IMG/VR virus record: IMGVR_UViG_3300014204_000115
Span: 115,637 to 179,636 of that record
DNA length: 64,000 nucleotides
Source of the DNA: a virus
Lineage: Duplodnaviria; Heunggongvirae; Uroviricota; Caudoviricetes
Reading direction: 5' to 3' (one strand)
Part shown: positions 46,774 through 56,178 of the stretch, in pieces
Position numbering within the stretch: position 1 is the first letter of the stretch
How the letters are laid out: every line of letters begins with the position of its first letter
The notes under the pieces: generated by a model
Databases searched by the model: none
What the model was told of the DNA's origin: nothing
Seen by the model: the letters and a program-made list of their open reading frames with translations, nothing else
Position numbers and translations under genes: made by a program

Positions 46774-47171
46774 TGTTTTTAGTAACGAAAGTTTTTAGTT
46801 TTCCAATGGCTCATAGGTTAAGTAAAAATAACAGAGCGTGTCAATATTTACATGGACATAATATAATTGGAAAAGTAACAGTTAAATCAGAACAACTAAA
46901 TAATGAAGATATGGTAATGGATTTTTATGATTTGAAAAAGATAATTTCAGATATAATTAATTCATGGGATCACGGTCTATTTCTAAATAAACATGATAAG
47001 ATAATGCGTCCAGAGAAATGTAAATTATTTTTAACTGATTGTGATCCAACATCAGAAGCATTATGTAAAGTTTTATTTAATAAAATTGAAGAAGCTTTAC
47101 CAAAAAATGTAGAAATGCATTCTATAACTTTAATTGAAGCAGAGGGATCAGAAGCAACATACACAAGGTAA
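46773..47171 (+). CDS. QueD / 6-pyruvoyl-tetrahydropterin synthase family (T-fold) protein
   Basis: Zinc/catalytic motif CQYLHGHN (CxxxHGH) plus the N-terminal FSFPMAHRL His, at 132 aa. Confidence 0.7.
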   Translation: MFLVTKVFSFPMAHRLSKNNRACQYLHGHNIIGKVTVKSEQLNNEDMVMDFYDLKKIISDIINSWDHGLFLNKHDKIMRPEKCKLFLTDCDPTSEALCKVLFNKIEEALPKNVEMHSITLIEAEGSEATYTR

Positions 47172-47178
47172 AAAATAA

Positions 47179-48609
47179 ATGATAAATATTAAAAAAACTT
47201 CAGGAATAATAATACCTAGGAGATATGAAGAGTGTCAATTTTACAATGAGATAAAACATGATTTAACAAGACATGTCAGAGAATATCAAAAATCTACATT
47301 TATTACTAATCATTATTATCTTGAAGCTAAAAACACATTAAAAATTCCAAGATTTTTTCCTATTGAAAAATATGTTAATGAAATTGAAGTTGTTCAAGAG
47401 ATAAATGATGGACAAGATATTATTATAAATTGCAATATTGAATTACGAGATGAATTACAAAAAAATATTGTAAAATATATGATAACTAATACAAATGGAA
47501 TAATTAAAGCTAATCCTGGATCTGGAAAGACTATAGTATCAATTTATTCTGTTTGTTATTTAAAAAAGAAAACATTCATTCTTGTCCACAGAGATAGTTT
47601 AGTTGAACAATGGATAGGACCTGGTACAATTGATAAAAAACAAGGATTTCTATCTTATTCAGATATAGATAAAAATGAAATTGGTAGATTAAATTCTAAT
47701 AATTTTAAAAATGTATTAAAAAAATCAATTATACTTTGTACAGATCAAACATTTACTTCTCTTTTAAGAAGAGCAAAGAGAGAAGAATTTTTAATAGAAT
47801 TAAATAACGCCAATATTGGAATTTTTATAGCAGATGAAGTACATACAACTGTAGGAGCTCCAACATTTGCAGAATGCTCATTACATATTCCTAGTAAAAG
47901 AGTTTTTGGTTTAAGTGCTACACCTGATAGACAGGATGGAACAACTAATATTATTAAATATCATCTTGGTGAAATTTATGTTCCTGAAGGCAAATCTTCT
48001 ACAATGGATGCTAGAGTAACTGTATTATTATTCGATTTTGGATTTCTTCCAAAGAGTCGCTTTTATATATACTACAATGATTTCTTTCAAAAAACTAGAT
48101 ATTTAAAAATATTAAAAAATTCTAAAATTTTTATGAATATCATAGTTTCTTTAGTTAATAAATTTGTAAATGATAATAGACAAATATTAGTAGTTGGAGA
48201 AAGAATTAAACTATTAGAATTATTATTTTCAAAATGTAAGTCTAATAGTAAAGGAATATTTATGGCAGGATCTAGTATGGATGAAATTGAAAAACAAGTA
48301 ACATATACTACTCCAGTTAAATCAAGAGATGGTGTAGATTATGTTTCTAAAGATTGTTTAATCCTATCTAGTCCAATAACTAATATAGATCAAATGAGCG
48401 GAAGAGCTTTAAGACCAAAAGCGGGAAAACTTCAACCTCTTTTAATTGATTTAGTTGATATTGGAATTTCTGATGTAAAAAGAACTTTATTTGGAAGATT
48501 AGAATTTTATAAATCTAGAGATTGGGAAGTTAAATTTATTTTTATATCTAGTAATGGTAAAAAAAATGAAATAAGTGAAGAACAAGTTATTGAAATTTTA
48601 GGTGAATAA
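47179..48609 (+). CDS. SF2 DExH-box helicase (UvsW-like candidate)
   Basis: Motif I ANPGSGKT, II IADEVH, III GLSATPDR, VI QMSGRALR. Confidence 0.7.
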   Translation: MINIKKTSGIIIPRRYEECQFYNEIKHDLTRHVREYQKSTFITNHYYLEAKNTLKIPRFFPIEKYVNEIEVVQEINDGQDIIINCNIELRDELQKNIVKYMITNTNGIIKANPGSGKTIVSIYSVCYLKKKTFILVHRDSLVEQWIGPGTIDKKQGFLSYSDIDKNEIGRLNSNNFKNVLKKSIILCTDQTFTSLLRRAKREEFLIELNNANIGIFIADEVHTTVGAPTFAECSLHIPSKRVFGLSATPDRQDGTTNIIKYHLGEIYVPEGKSSTMDARVTVLLFDFGFLPKSRFYIYYNDFFQKTRYLKILKNSKIFMNIIVSLVNKFVNDNRQILVVGERIKLLELLFSKCKSNSKGIFMAGSSMDEIEKQVTYTTPVKSRDGVDYVSKDCLILSSPITNIDQMSGRALRPKAGKLQPLLIDLVDIGISDVKRTLFGRLEFYKSRDWEVKFIFISSNGKKNEISEEQVIEILGE

Positions 48610-48612
48610 AGA

Positions 48613-48954
48613 ATGAAGATAAAATCTGATTTTGTAACAAATAGTAGCTCATGTTGTTTTGTATTAATTGGTTTTAAGATCCTTAATAATATAGAAAATG
48701 AAGAAAAAATTGAGAAATTTGATAATTTTTTTAAAGATATAAAAGATTGTTATTTTGGTTTTGGAGATGAGGGTGGCGCTCCAACAGAAGATGATATAAT
48801 AATTGGAAGAATTCTAATAGATCATTTAGATGATTATTTTGAGTATACAGAACTAGAACTAAAAATTGATCCTTCTGATATAATTAAAATTGCAAATTAT
48901 TTTGGGGTAAGTAATGATAAAATTAAATATATTTGTGGAAGAAGATCATGTTGA
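48613..48954 (+). CDS. paralog family member A (113 aa): conserved N-terminal MKIKSDFVTNSSSCCF module, divergent acidic body
   Basis: First of four tandem paralogs; RBS GGTGAATAAAGAATG. Confidence 0.6.
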   Translation: MKIKSDFVTNSSSCCFVLIGFKILNNIENEEKIEKFDNFFKDIKDCYFGFGDEGGAPTEDDIIIGRILIDHLDDYFEYTELELKIDPSDIIKIANYFGVSNDKIKYICGRRSC

Positions 48955-48963
48955 GGTAAAATA

Positions 48964-49299
48964 ATGAGAATAAAATCTGATTTTGTGACTAACAGTTCAA
49001 GTACTAGTTTTGTAATTTCTTGTAAAGAAAAAATAGAAGAATTAAAAGAGTCTCCTCTTCTTGATTTGCTTCAAGAACTTCTAAATATAATAATAGTAAA
49101 TTCAAATGGAGATAATTTAAAAGAACTTGTAGAACATTATGGATTAGAAGAAACTGATCAAGAATATATTGATATTTTAGAAGCAATAAATAATGGAGGA
49201 ACTATAATATATCTAAGTGTTCCCTACGGTGGAGAAATTTATTGCGTAGATAGATTTTTAAAAAAATATGATGGACAAATAATGTTAAGTGATGATTAA
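48964..49299 (+). CDS. paralog family member B (111 aa): MRIKSDFVTNSSSTSF
   Basis: Tandem paralog; RBS GAGGTAAAATAATG. Confidence 0.6.
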   Translation: MRIKSDFVTNSSSTSFVISCKEKIEELKESPLLDLLQELLNIIIVNSNGDNLKELVEHYGLEETDQEYIDILEAINNGGTIIYLSVPYGGEIYCVDRFLKKYDGQIMLSDD

Positions 49300-49301
49300 T
49301 A

Positions 49302-49658
49302 ATGAAGATAAAAAATGATTTTGTGACTAATAGTTCAAGCACTAGTTATTTAATTTGTATTCCTAGAAAATTTGATGTTGAAAAATTTGTTGGAGAAAGA
49401 CTTGTAGAAAATCCACATATTGAATCAGATAATAGTACAATTTTAGATTTAATTAAGAATAGTATTTTAGAGGGTTTTGCAATTGAAGAATATGATGCTC
49501 AACAAGAATTTCATAATTTAGCTGAAATTTTTAAAAAAGAGATAATTTTTTCTACTGATGTAGATTCTGAGCGAGGTTGTATTGATATAATTTTTACGGA
49601 TTCTTTAGAAGGAGAAATCAAATCAATCAAAGAGGAATTCTCTAAATATGAAAATTAA
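49302..49658 (+). CDS. paralog family member C (118 aa): MKIKNDFVTNSSSTSY
   Basis: Tandem paralog. Confidence 0.6.
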   Translation: MKIKNDFVTNSSSTSYLICIPRKFDVEKFVGERLVENPHIESDNSTILDLIKNSILEGFAIEEYDAQQEFHNLAEIFKKEIIFSTDVDSERGCIDIIFTDSLEGEIKSIKEEFSKYEN

Positions 49659-49974
49659 ACAAGATTTTGTAACTAACTCAAGTTCATGTTCATTTATAGT
49701 TTGTATTCCAGATGTGAATAAATTTTTAAATGAACTAGAGAAAGAATATGAACTACCAAAAGAAATAAAAGATAAATTTTTTAACCAATATGGTTATATA
49801 AGTTTATATGATTTAGAATATGATAGTTTTTGGAAATTACATCAATGTATAGATAAATTAGGTTATGTTATCATGTTTGATGAATCTGGATCTGAAAATG
49901 AGCCAAGATATTTAAATATTGCATTTAATAATGAACAAACCAAAAAATTAAAAAAAATATTAGGAGAATCATGA
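49648..49974 (+). CDS. paralog family member D (108 aa): MKIKQDFVTNSSSCSF
   Basis: Tandem paralog; start overlaps the end of C. Confidence 0.6.
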   Translation: MKIKQDFVTNSSSCSFIVCIPDVNKFLNELEKEYELPKEIKDKFFNQYGYISLYDLEYDSFWKLHQCIDKLGYVIMFDESGSENEPRYLNIAFNNEQTKKLKKILGES

Positions 49975-50975
49975 GATTTTTACTAACAGCTGATTGGCAC
50001 TTTTCCTCATATAGTCAAGACAAGAATGATCCAGATACAAACCTACCTGAAAGATTGAGCGGTTTATATTTAGTAATCATGGAAATGATCCAATATGCAA
50101 TAAAAAATTCAATAGATTATATTGTTGTTGTAGGAGATATTTTTCATAATAAGAGTATTATATATTCAACCGCTCAATCTTTATTATTAGATATAGTAAG
50201 AAATAATAGACAAGTAAAATGGATATTTATTTCTGGAAATCATGATTTATCTAGTATGACTGGAGAAGGAGTTTCTGCTATAAAATGTGTAGATAATGAA
50301 CCAAATGTAACTACAATTCATACTACAACTAAAATTGATAATGTATTATTAGTTCCGTGGAATCCAAGAAGTATGATTCAAGATATTAAAAGTGGAAAAG
50401 CTGATTATTTATTTTCACACCTAGGTTTAAATGAAGGTGTTTTAAATAGTGGAATTTCTTTAGTATCCGACATAGGTTTAAAAGACCTGATTCAATATAA
50501 ATCAGTATATCTTGGACATTATCATACTCCACAAAAAGCAGGAAATGTTAATTATATTGGAAATCCAACACATTTGGATTGGAATGATAAAAACCAAGAG
50601 AAAAGATTTATGATTTTAGATACACAAACCGGTATGGAAGAATCAATTTTAACAACATGTTATAAAAAACATTGTGAATTTAATTTAACAAATGAGAATA
50701 AAGAAGAAGTATTAAAAATGAGTATTCAATTACAATCTGAGGGTCATCATATAAAATTAAATAGAGTTGATAATACAATTGATATAACAGAACTTGAAAA
50801 AGAATTTAATGTTGTTGATAAGGTTGAAAAAGATATAACCAACAGAGGAATTACATCTGGTATGAGTTCATCTGATAAAATTAATAGATTTTTAGAAATA
50901 AAAGAAATCCCTATTGAAAAAAGAGATATGTATAGAAATAAAGCTTTAGAAATTATGGAGACTGTTTCAACATGA
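49971..50975 (+). CDS. sbcD: SbcD/Mre11-family nuclease (T4 gp47-like)
   Basis: Calcineurin-like phosphoesterase motifs LLTADWHFS, VVVGDIFHN, ISGNHD. Confidence 0.75.
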   Translation: MRFLLTADWHFSSYSQDKNDPDTNLPERLSGLYLVIMEMIQYAIKNSIDYIVVVGDIFHNKSIIYSTAQSLLLDIVRNNRQVKWIFISGNHDLSSMTGEGVSAIKCVDNEPNVTTIHTTTKIDNVLLVPWNPRSMIQDIKSGKADYLFSHLGLNEGVLNSGISLVSDIGLKDLIQYKSVYLGHYHTPQKAGNVNYIGNPTHLDWNDKNQEKRFMILDTQTGMEESILTTCYKKHCEFNLTNENKEEVLKMSIQLQSEGHHIKLNRVDNTIDITELEKEFNVVDKVEKDITNRGITSGMSSSDKINRFLEIKEIPIEKRDMYRNKALEIMETVST

Positions 50976-51160
50976 TTAGTTTTGAAATAGATGATAATAT
51001 GGAAAAGAAATTAAACATCTGGAGAAATACAATAAAAAATGATCCAAGAACTATTGGTAAACCAGAAAAATTTGTTTTCTACATGATTGGACAATCAATG
51101 ATTTGTGAAGTAATAAAGGGCCCGCATAAGATAGATTTAACAGAAATTGAATCAGGGTGA
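50972..51160 (+). CDS. hypothetical protein (62 aa)
   Basis: ATGA-overlapping small ORF between the sbcD- and sbcC-like genes. Confidence 0.4.
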   Translation: MISFEIDDNMEKKLNIWRNTIKNDPRTIGKPEKFVFYMIGQSMICEVIKGPHKIDLTEIESG

Positions 51161-53376
51161 TAAATTTAATGAAAGAGATACAATTTTTAAAAGCTGGAAT
51201 GCAAAATTTTTGTGGTTACACTGATTTAATTGAATATGAATTTAAAAATAATAAAATAGTATTAATTACAGGTCCAAATGGTGTTGGAAAAAGTACTATT
51301 TTTGATTCTATTCAATTTACTCTTTTTGGTGTAACTGGAAAAGATGGAAAGAGCAGCGATGTTGTAAATAATGTTGTTGGAAAAAACTGTAAAACATATA
51401 TTGAATTTACATGTAAAATATTAGATAATATAGATTCATATAAAGTTATTAGATATGTTAAAGATACTAAACTTGGAGATACAGTACTTCTATTTAAAAA
51501 TGATTTTAAGAAACCTTATAAAAAAGGTCATAAAGAAGTTTTACCTGAAATTGAAAAGATTTTAGTACCGCAAAAACTATTTAATAACACATTATTATTT
51601 GGTCAAAAAGTAAAAGAGTTTTTTACAGATTTACCAGATTCTGATAGAAAAGAAATATTTAGAAAAGTCATTCAGGCTGATGATTATGTTTTATATTATG
51701 ATGAGACAAACAAAAGAATCAAATTAAAAAATGAAGAATTATCTGAAATTGAAAAAGGAATAATTTTAAATACTAAATTTTTAGAAGATACTAATTCTAG
51801 AATTGGTATAACTTTAGAAGATATAAAAAAGTTTGAGTTAAGAAAAAAGGACGAAATTAATAGTTTAACTATTAAAATAAGTGATTTAAATGACGAATTA
51901 TTGGAGTTGCACAAAAAAGAAAAAGATTTTGAGAACATCAATGATTTAGAGTTAGATAAATTAAATCAAGAAATTTCAAATATTGAAAATGAAATTAATA
52001 AACTTAGTCTAGAATTAAAAAATAATTTAGATTCATTAGAAAATACAAAAAGTTTAAAATTATCTGAATTTAATTTAAAATATCAAGAACTTTATTCAAC
52101 AGAATTATTATCTAAAAATGATAGTATTTCTAAAATTAATAAAGAGTTTCAAGAATATAAATTAGAAATTATAAAAAACAGAAATGAATTAAATAATTCT
52201 AAAAATAATTATTTAGTAAAACAACAGAATAATGAAAAAGAAATAGAAAAAACAAAACCAAAAATATCTGAATTACAGTTATCTTTAAATAAATCTAATG
52301 CAACTTGTCCAACTTGTGGAAAGTTATTAACAGAAGAATCTATTAAACAACATCTTACTAATTCTTTAAATGAACTGATAGAATCAAATAAAGAAAAGTT
52401 GAATGAAAATATTAATCTTAAAAATTTATTAGAAGAAATAACAAAACAAGAACAACAAAATTATAATCAAGAAACAGAATCTAAAAGATCTACTGATGAA
52501 AAAATAAAAGAAATTAATCAACAATTTGAATTAAAACACAAGACTATCTTACAAAGATTAAATGATGCAGAAACAAAATTAAATAATATTGTTTCTGAAA
52601 AAGAGAATAATATAAAAATTGAATATTTTTCCAATAAGAACAGTTTTATTAAAAAGTTAGACGTTGCAAAATCTAGAAGATCTATTTTATCTTTATCTAT
52701 TCAAGAGAAGTTATTACTCAGAGATAAAATGAATAAGTTAAAATCTGATATATCATTAAATAATGAACTGCTTCAAAATAAACAAAATGAAGAATATAAT
52801 ATTTCAATTTTAGAAAATTATTATACAGAAAAAGATAGATTAGAAACAGAGAAGAAATGTTTAGATGAAGATAAATTGGCTCTTTTGGATGAGTTAGAGA
52901 TTCTAAACTTTTGGAAAGTTGGTTTTTCTTCTACTGGAATACCCTCCTTATTAATTGATGAATCTATCCCTTTTCTAAATGAAACTGTTGGAAACTATCT
53001 TGAAATGATTGGTGGAAGATATAAAGCTAGTTTTGATACGATATCGACTACAAAATCTGGAGAATATAGGGACAAAATTAATGTAAATATACTAGATACT
53101 AAAACTAAAGCTAATAGTAAAAAACAATTTTCAGGCGGACAAACTAGAATTATTGATATAGCAATTCTATTATCACTTTGTGATCTACAAAATAATATTC
53201 AGGATATGAAAACAAATATTTTATTATTAGATGAAATTTTTGATAGTCTTGATGATGAAAATATTGGATATATTTCAAAATTGCTAAGAACCTTAGTAAA
53301 AGATAAATCAATAAATATTATTTCTCATAGATATATTGATACTATTGAATCAGATGAAGTAATAAGATTATTTTAG
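51157..53376 (+). CDS. sbcC: SbcC/Rad50-family ATPase (T4 gp46-like)
   Basis: Walker A ITGPNGVGKSTIFDSIQF. Long coiled coil with central zinc-hook CPTCGK. Signature/Walker B region QFSGGQTRIIDIA...LLLDEIFDSLD. Confidence 0.75.
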   Translation: MINLMKEIQFLKAGMQNFCGYTDLIEYEFKNNKIVLITGPNGVGKSTIFDSIQFTLFGVTGKDGKSSDVVNNVVGKNCKTYIEFTCKILDNIDSYKVIRYVKDTKLGDTVLLFKNDFKKPYKKGHKEVLPEIEKILVPQKLFNNTLLFGQKVKEFFTDLPDSDRKEIFRKVIQADDYVLYYDETNKRIKLKNEELSEIEKGIILNTKFLEDTNSRIGITLEDIKKFELRKKDEINSLTIKISDLNDELLELHKKEKDFENINDLELDKLNQEISNIENEINKLSLELKNNLDSLENTKSLKLSEFNLKYQELYSTELLSKNDSISKINKEFQEYKLEIIKNRNELNNSKNNYLVKQQNNEKEIEKTKPKISELQLSLNKSNATCPTCGKLLTEESIKQHLTNSLNELIESNKEKLNENINLKNLLEEITKQEQQNYNQETESKRSTDEKIKEINQQFELKHKTILQRLNDAETKLNNIVSEKENNIKIEYFSNKNSFIKKLDVAKSRRSILSLSIQEKLLLRDKMNKLKSDISLNNELLQNKQNEEYNISILENYYTEKDRLETEKKCLDEDKLALLDELEILNFWKVGFSSTGIPSLLIDESIPFLNETVGNYLEMIGGRYKASFDTISTTKSGEYRDKINVNILDTKTKANSKKQFSGGQTRIIDIAILLSLCDLQNNIQDMKTNILLLDEIFDSLDDENIGYISKLLRTLVKDKSINIISHRYIDTIESDEVIRLF

Positions 53377-53385
53377 GAAGAAAAT

Positions 53386-53568
53386 ATGACAAGATCTGAA
53401 TTTATAGAATGTTTAAAAAATATTAAATCTGAAAAAGAAGATCCAGTTGTGGTTATTCAAATATATGGCGGAGATTTATTAGAATTAATAAATGTAAATC
53501 TTGAAAGAGATACATATGAAAATGAACATGAAGAGAAAGTTTTTGATGAAATTATTATTATTTCATAA
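53386..53568 (+). CDS. hypothetical acidic protein (60 aa)
   Basis: Small ORF. Confidence 0.4.
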   Translation: MTRSEFIECLKNIKSEKEDPVVVIQIYGGDLLELINVNLERDTYENEHEEKVFDEIIIIS

Positions 53569-53582
53569 TAAAATTTAGAAAT

Positions 53583-53777
53583 ATGAAAACAAAAATTAGA
53601 TATGAAAATGTTCGGAAAAGAATTATAAAATTTGAAATTGATGATGATTCTTATGAAACAAATTGTCCAGAACGTCCAGATTCAGAAATAATGGTAGGAA
53701 GTTATCTTTGTACTAAATGTAGAAATTATATAGGTCAAATTGATGGAAATCTTCATTGTTTTGTATTTAAAGAATAG
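53583..53777 (+). CDS. zinc-ribbon protein (64 aa)
   Basis: CPERP...CTKCRNY...HC. Confidence 0.4.
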   Translation: MKTKIRYENVRKRIIKFEIDDDSYETNCPERPDSEIMVGSYLCTKCRNYIGQIDGNLHCFVFKE

Positions 53778-53788
53778 GAGTTTATATT

Positions 53789-54151
53789 ATGAAAACTAAA
53801 CAAGATTTTATTACAAATTCAAGTTCAACCTCTTTTATCATAGCAGATAAATCAGGAAAATTAGATAAAATTTTAGTTAAAATTAATGAAAATCCAGAAA
53901 TAATTGTAAATATTTTTGAGATTTTAACTTTTGAAGATATTAGTCATAATGCATCTGATTATGGTAAAAATATCAAAGAAAAATATCATATTGATCAAAT
54001 AGTTGATAATGGTGGAAAAATTTATGAATTTATAGCTGGCGACCAATCAGGATTATTAGAAGCTGGTTTTTGTAATTATGGAATTTACGAAGAAGAAATT
54101 TCTGAAAATAAGGAAATAATTGAAATTATAAAAGGAGAAGGTGGATATTGA
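53789..54151 (+). CDS. paralog family member E (120 aa): MKTKQDFITNSSSTSF, detached fifth copy
   Basis: Same N-terminal module as the 48613-49974 tandem genes. RBS TAGGAGTTTATATTATG. Confidence 0.6.
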   Translation: MKTKQDFITNSSSTSFIIADKSGKLDKILVKINENPEIIVNIFEILTFEDISHNASDYGKNIKEKYHIDQIVDNGGKIYEFIAGDQSGLLEAGFCNYGIYEEEISENKEIIEIIKGEGGY

Positions 54152-54160
54152 TTTTTAAAT

Positions 54161-54487
54161 ATGAGACAATCTCAAGGATTTAAATCAACTAGAAAATATA
54201 AAGATATTAGAAGTTTTATTTGTATTTTATTTGGACAACCAGATTATACAGATCATATTTCAAATGGTGTTAGTTTTAAATGGTATTTACATAAAGTTAT
54301 AAAATATATACCAATAAGTCATAGAGGAAAAATTGTAGAATTTGCTTTACATTTATTATCTAATAAAAATATTAAAGCTGAATGTAAAATTTTAAGATAC
54401 AGTAATGAAATAAATGATGCTAATTTATTAAGTCTTTATCACACAAATCCTAGAGACAGTTTTAGAATTTTAGTGAGGAATCAATGA
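54161..54487 (+). CDS. hypothetical protein (108 aa)
   Basis: ORF in tiling. Confidence 0.45.
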   Translation: MRQSQGFKSTRKYKDIRSFICILFGQPDYTDHISNGVSFKWYLHKVIKYIPISHRGKIVEFALHLLSNKNIKAECKILRYSNEINDANLLSLYHTNPRDSFRILVRNQ

Positions 54488-54807
54488 AAACAAAAATATT
54501 TTATAGTATTGAAAATTGTGGAGATGGAAGCGCCTATCCAATATTTATGGAATCTGAAGAATTATGTATGATTGAACAAGAATTCATGGATGAAGGTTGG
54601 GGAGAACCTTGCATTGGTCATATTACAATTGAACATGATACACCAATTAAGATTAAAAATGAAATAAAAACAGTGGACGAAGTAATTGAAGAAACCGAAT
54701 TAAGAATAAAAGAATCTTGTGTATCAGAAAATAGCAAACATTTTCTTAGAAAAAAATTAGAAGAACTAAATAAATTAAAAAATCAAATGGTAATAGATAA
54801 TGAATAA
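54484..54807 (+). CDS. hypothetical acidic protein (107 aa) with three Cys
   Basis: ATGA overlap. C..C..C spaced through the N-terminal half. Confidence 0.45.
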   Translation: MKTKIFYSIENCGDGSAYPIFMESEELCMIEQEFMDEGWGEPCIGHITIEHDTPIKIKNEIKTVDEVIEETELRIKESCVSENSKHFLRKKLEELNKLKNQMVIDNE

Positions 54808-55834
54808 GATTCATATAGTTAATTGGTTATTAACTAGAAGATGTAATCTTCATTGTGATTATTGTAGAATTGTAAAAAATTATAAAACAAAACCATTATT
54901 ATATCCAGATATGAAATATTATATTGAAAATGAAATGTCTAGTCAAACTATTATTAATGGATTAGAAAAAATTAAAAATCATAATCCTAATGCATTTCAT
55001 ATTTTCTATGGCGGTGAACCTTTATTAAGGTTAGATCTTTTTGAAATTATAAATTATTGTAACAAAAATGATATTCATTATACAATAATTAGTAATAATA
55101 CTGAGAGAGTTCAACCTTTAATGAAAGAATTATTAAGAAAAGTAGATTATATTGAAGGTTTTACCGCTTCTATAGATCCAATTATTTATGATAAAAATAA
55201 ACATATGACTGATACATTTAAAAAGAGTTTAGCTGGTTTTAAAAAACTTAAAGAATATTCAGATATTATTAAGGATGTAGTTGCAGAAATAACTGTAACT
55301 AATGATAATCTTGAATATCTTTATCCATTAGTATCTGAGTTATCTGATTTTGGAATAAATAGTGATATAACATTTGTTGATATTTCTAAGTCTAAATATT
55401 ATGATTTTTCTGATGTTGAGGATGATTCTATTTTAGTAAGAAAAAGTCCAGAGTTAAAGGAAATATTAGATAAAATTATTAGCGAAAAACTTAATGTTCA
55501 TATGGCAGAAACTCTATTACCAATAATATATGAGAATCTTCCAAGTGAATATGATTGTAAATTAGAAAATGATTTTCATAATTTATGTGTAGATGCAAAT
55601 GGTAGCATAAGATTATGTTTGAGAATTAGAGGAACTGCTATTCCAGAAAACTTTAATCTCTCTAATCTATTTGATGAAAATAATAATCTAAATCAATATC
55701 TTAAATATTCAATTAATTATGATAAAAAAAATTATTGTTTAAAATGTAATCATAGTTGTTACATGATGTCAGAGTTAATATCTAAGGGAGAAGATAATTC
55801 TAATAATTTAATTCATACAGAAGTAAGGAAATAA
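54800..55834 (+). CDS. radical SAM enzyme with C-terminal auxiliary Cys cluster (SPASM/twitch- or MoaA-like)
   Basis: N-terminal TRRCNLHCDYC (CxxxCxxC). SAM-binding glycine-rich IFYGGEPLL. C-terminal NLCVDANGSIRLCLR and YCLKCNHSCYMM. Confidence 0.75.
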   Translation: MNKIHIVNWLLTRRCNLHCDYCRIVKNYKTKPLLYPDMKYYIENEMSSQTIINGLEKIKNHNPNAFHIFYGGEPLLRLDLFEIINYCNKNDIHYTIISNNTERVQPLMKELLRKVDYIEGFTASIDPIIYDKNKHMTDTFKKSLAGFKKLKEYSDIIKDVVAEITVTNDNLEYLYPLVSELSDFGINSDITFVDISKSKYYDFSDVEDDSILVRKSPELKEILDKIISEKLNVHMAETLLPIIYENLPSEYDCKLENDFHNLCVDANGSIRLCLRIRGTAIPENFNLSNLFDENNNLNQYLKYSINYDKKNYCLKCNHSCYMMSELISKGEDNSNNLIHTEVRK

Positions 55835-55869
55835 AATAATATTAAAAACTTAAAAAGAAAAGAGGGTAT

Positions 55870-56178
55870 ATGAGATTATTTAGAGTTTATAGATTTAGAG
55901 CTTGTCATTGCGATAGAGAAGAATTTCCAGAAGAAATATTAATTCAAGGAAATAGTCCAGAAGAAATAGATAAAATTATTGAAAAAAGAAGAGAAGAATA
56001 TGAATATTCAGATGATTCTGAAAATTTAATAGATTTTGGAGACGAGCATCAACTTCAAGAAATTCTTTTCTTTGATGATGGTGTAGAAAATATTATTGAA
56101 AATGATAAGTTTAAAATTCTAAGTGAAGATGAACTATGTGAAGAGTTTCTAAATTTGAGAGATAAGAATGAGATCTGA
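55870..56178 (+). CDS. hypothetical acidic protein (102 aa)
   Basis: RBS AAGAGGGTATATG. N-terminal RACHCDRE. Confidence 0.45.
   Translation: MRLFRVYRFRACHCDREEFPEEILIQGNSPEEIDKIIEKRREEYEYSDDSENLIDFGDEHQLQEILFFDDGVENIIENDKFKILSEDELCEEFLNLRDKNEI

Noticed and set aside
54800-55834. Calling the radical-SAM gene QueE (7-carboxy-7-deazaguanine synthase) to pair it with the QueD-like gene
   Set aside because: At 344 aa with a C-terminal multi-Cys auxiliary-cluster region it is much larger than QueE, and its CxxxCxxC lies at the extreme N-terminus. I left it as a generic rSAM with auxiliary cluster.
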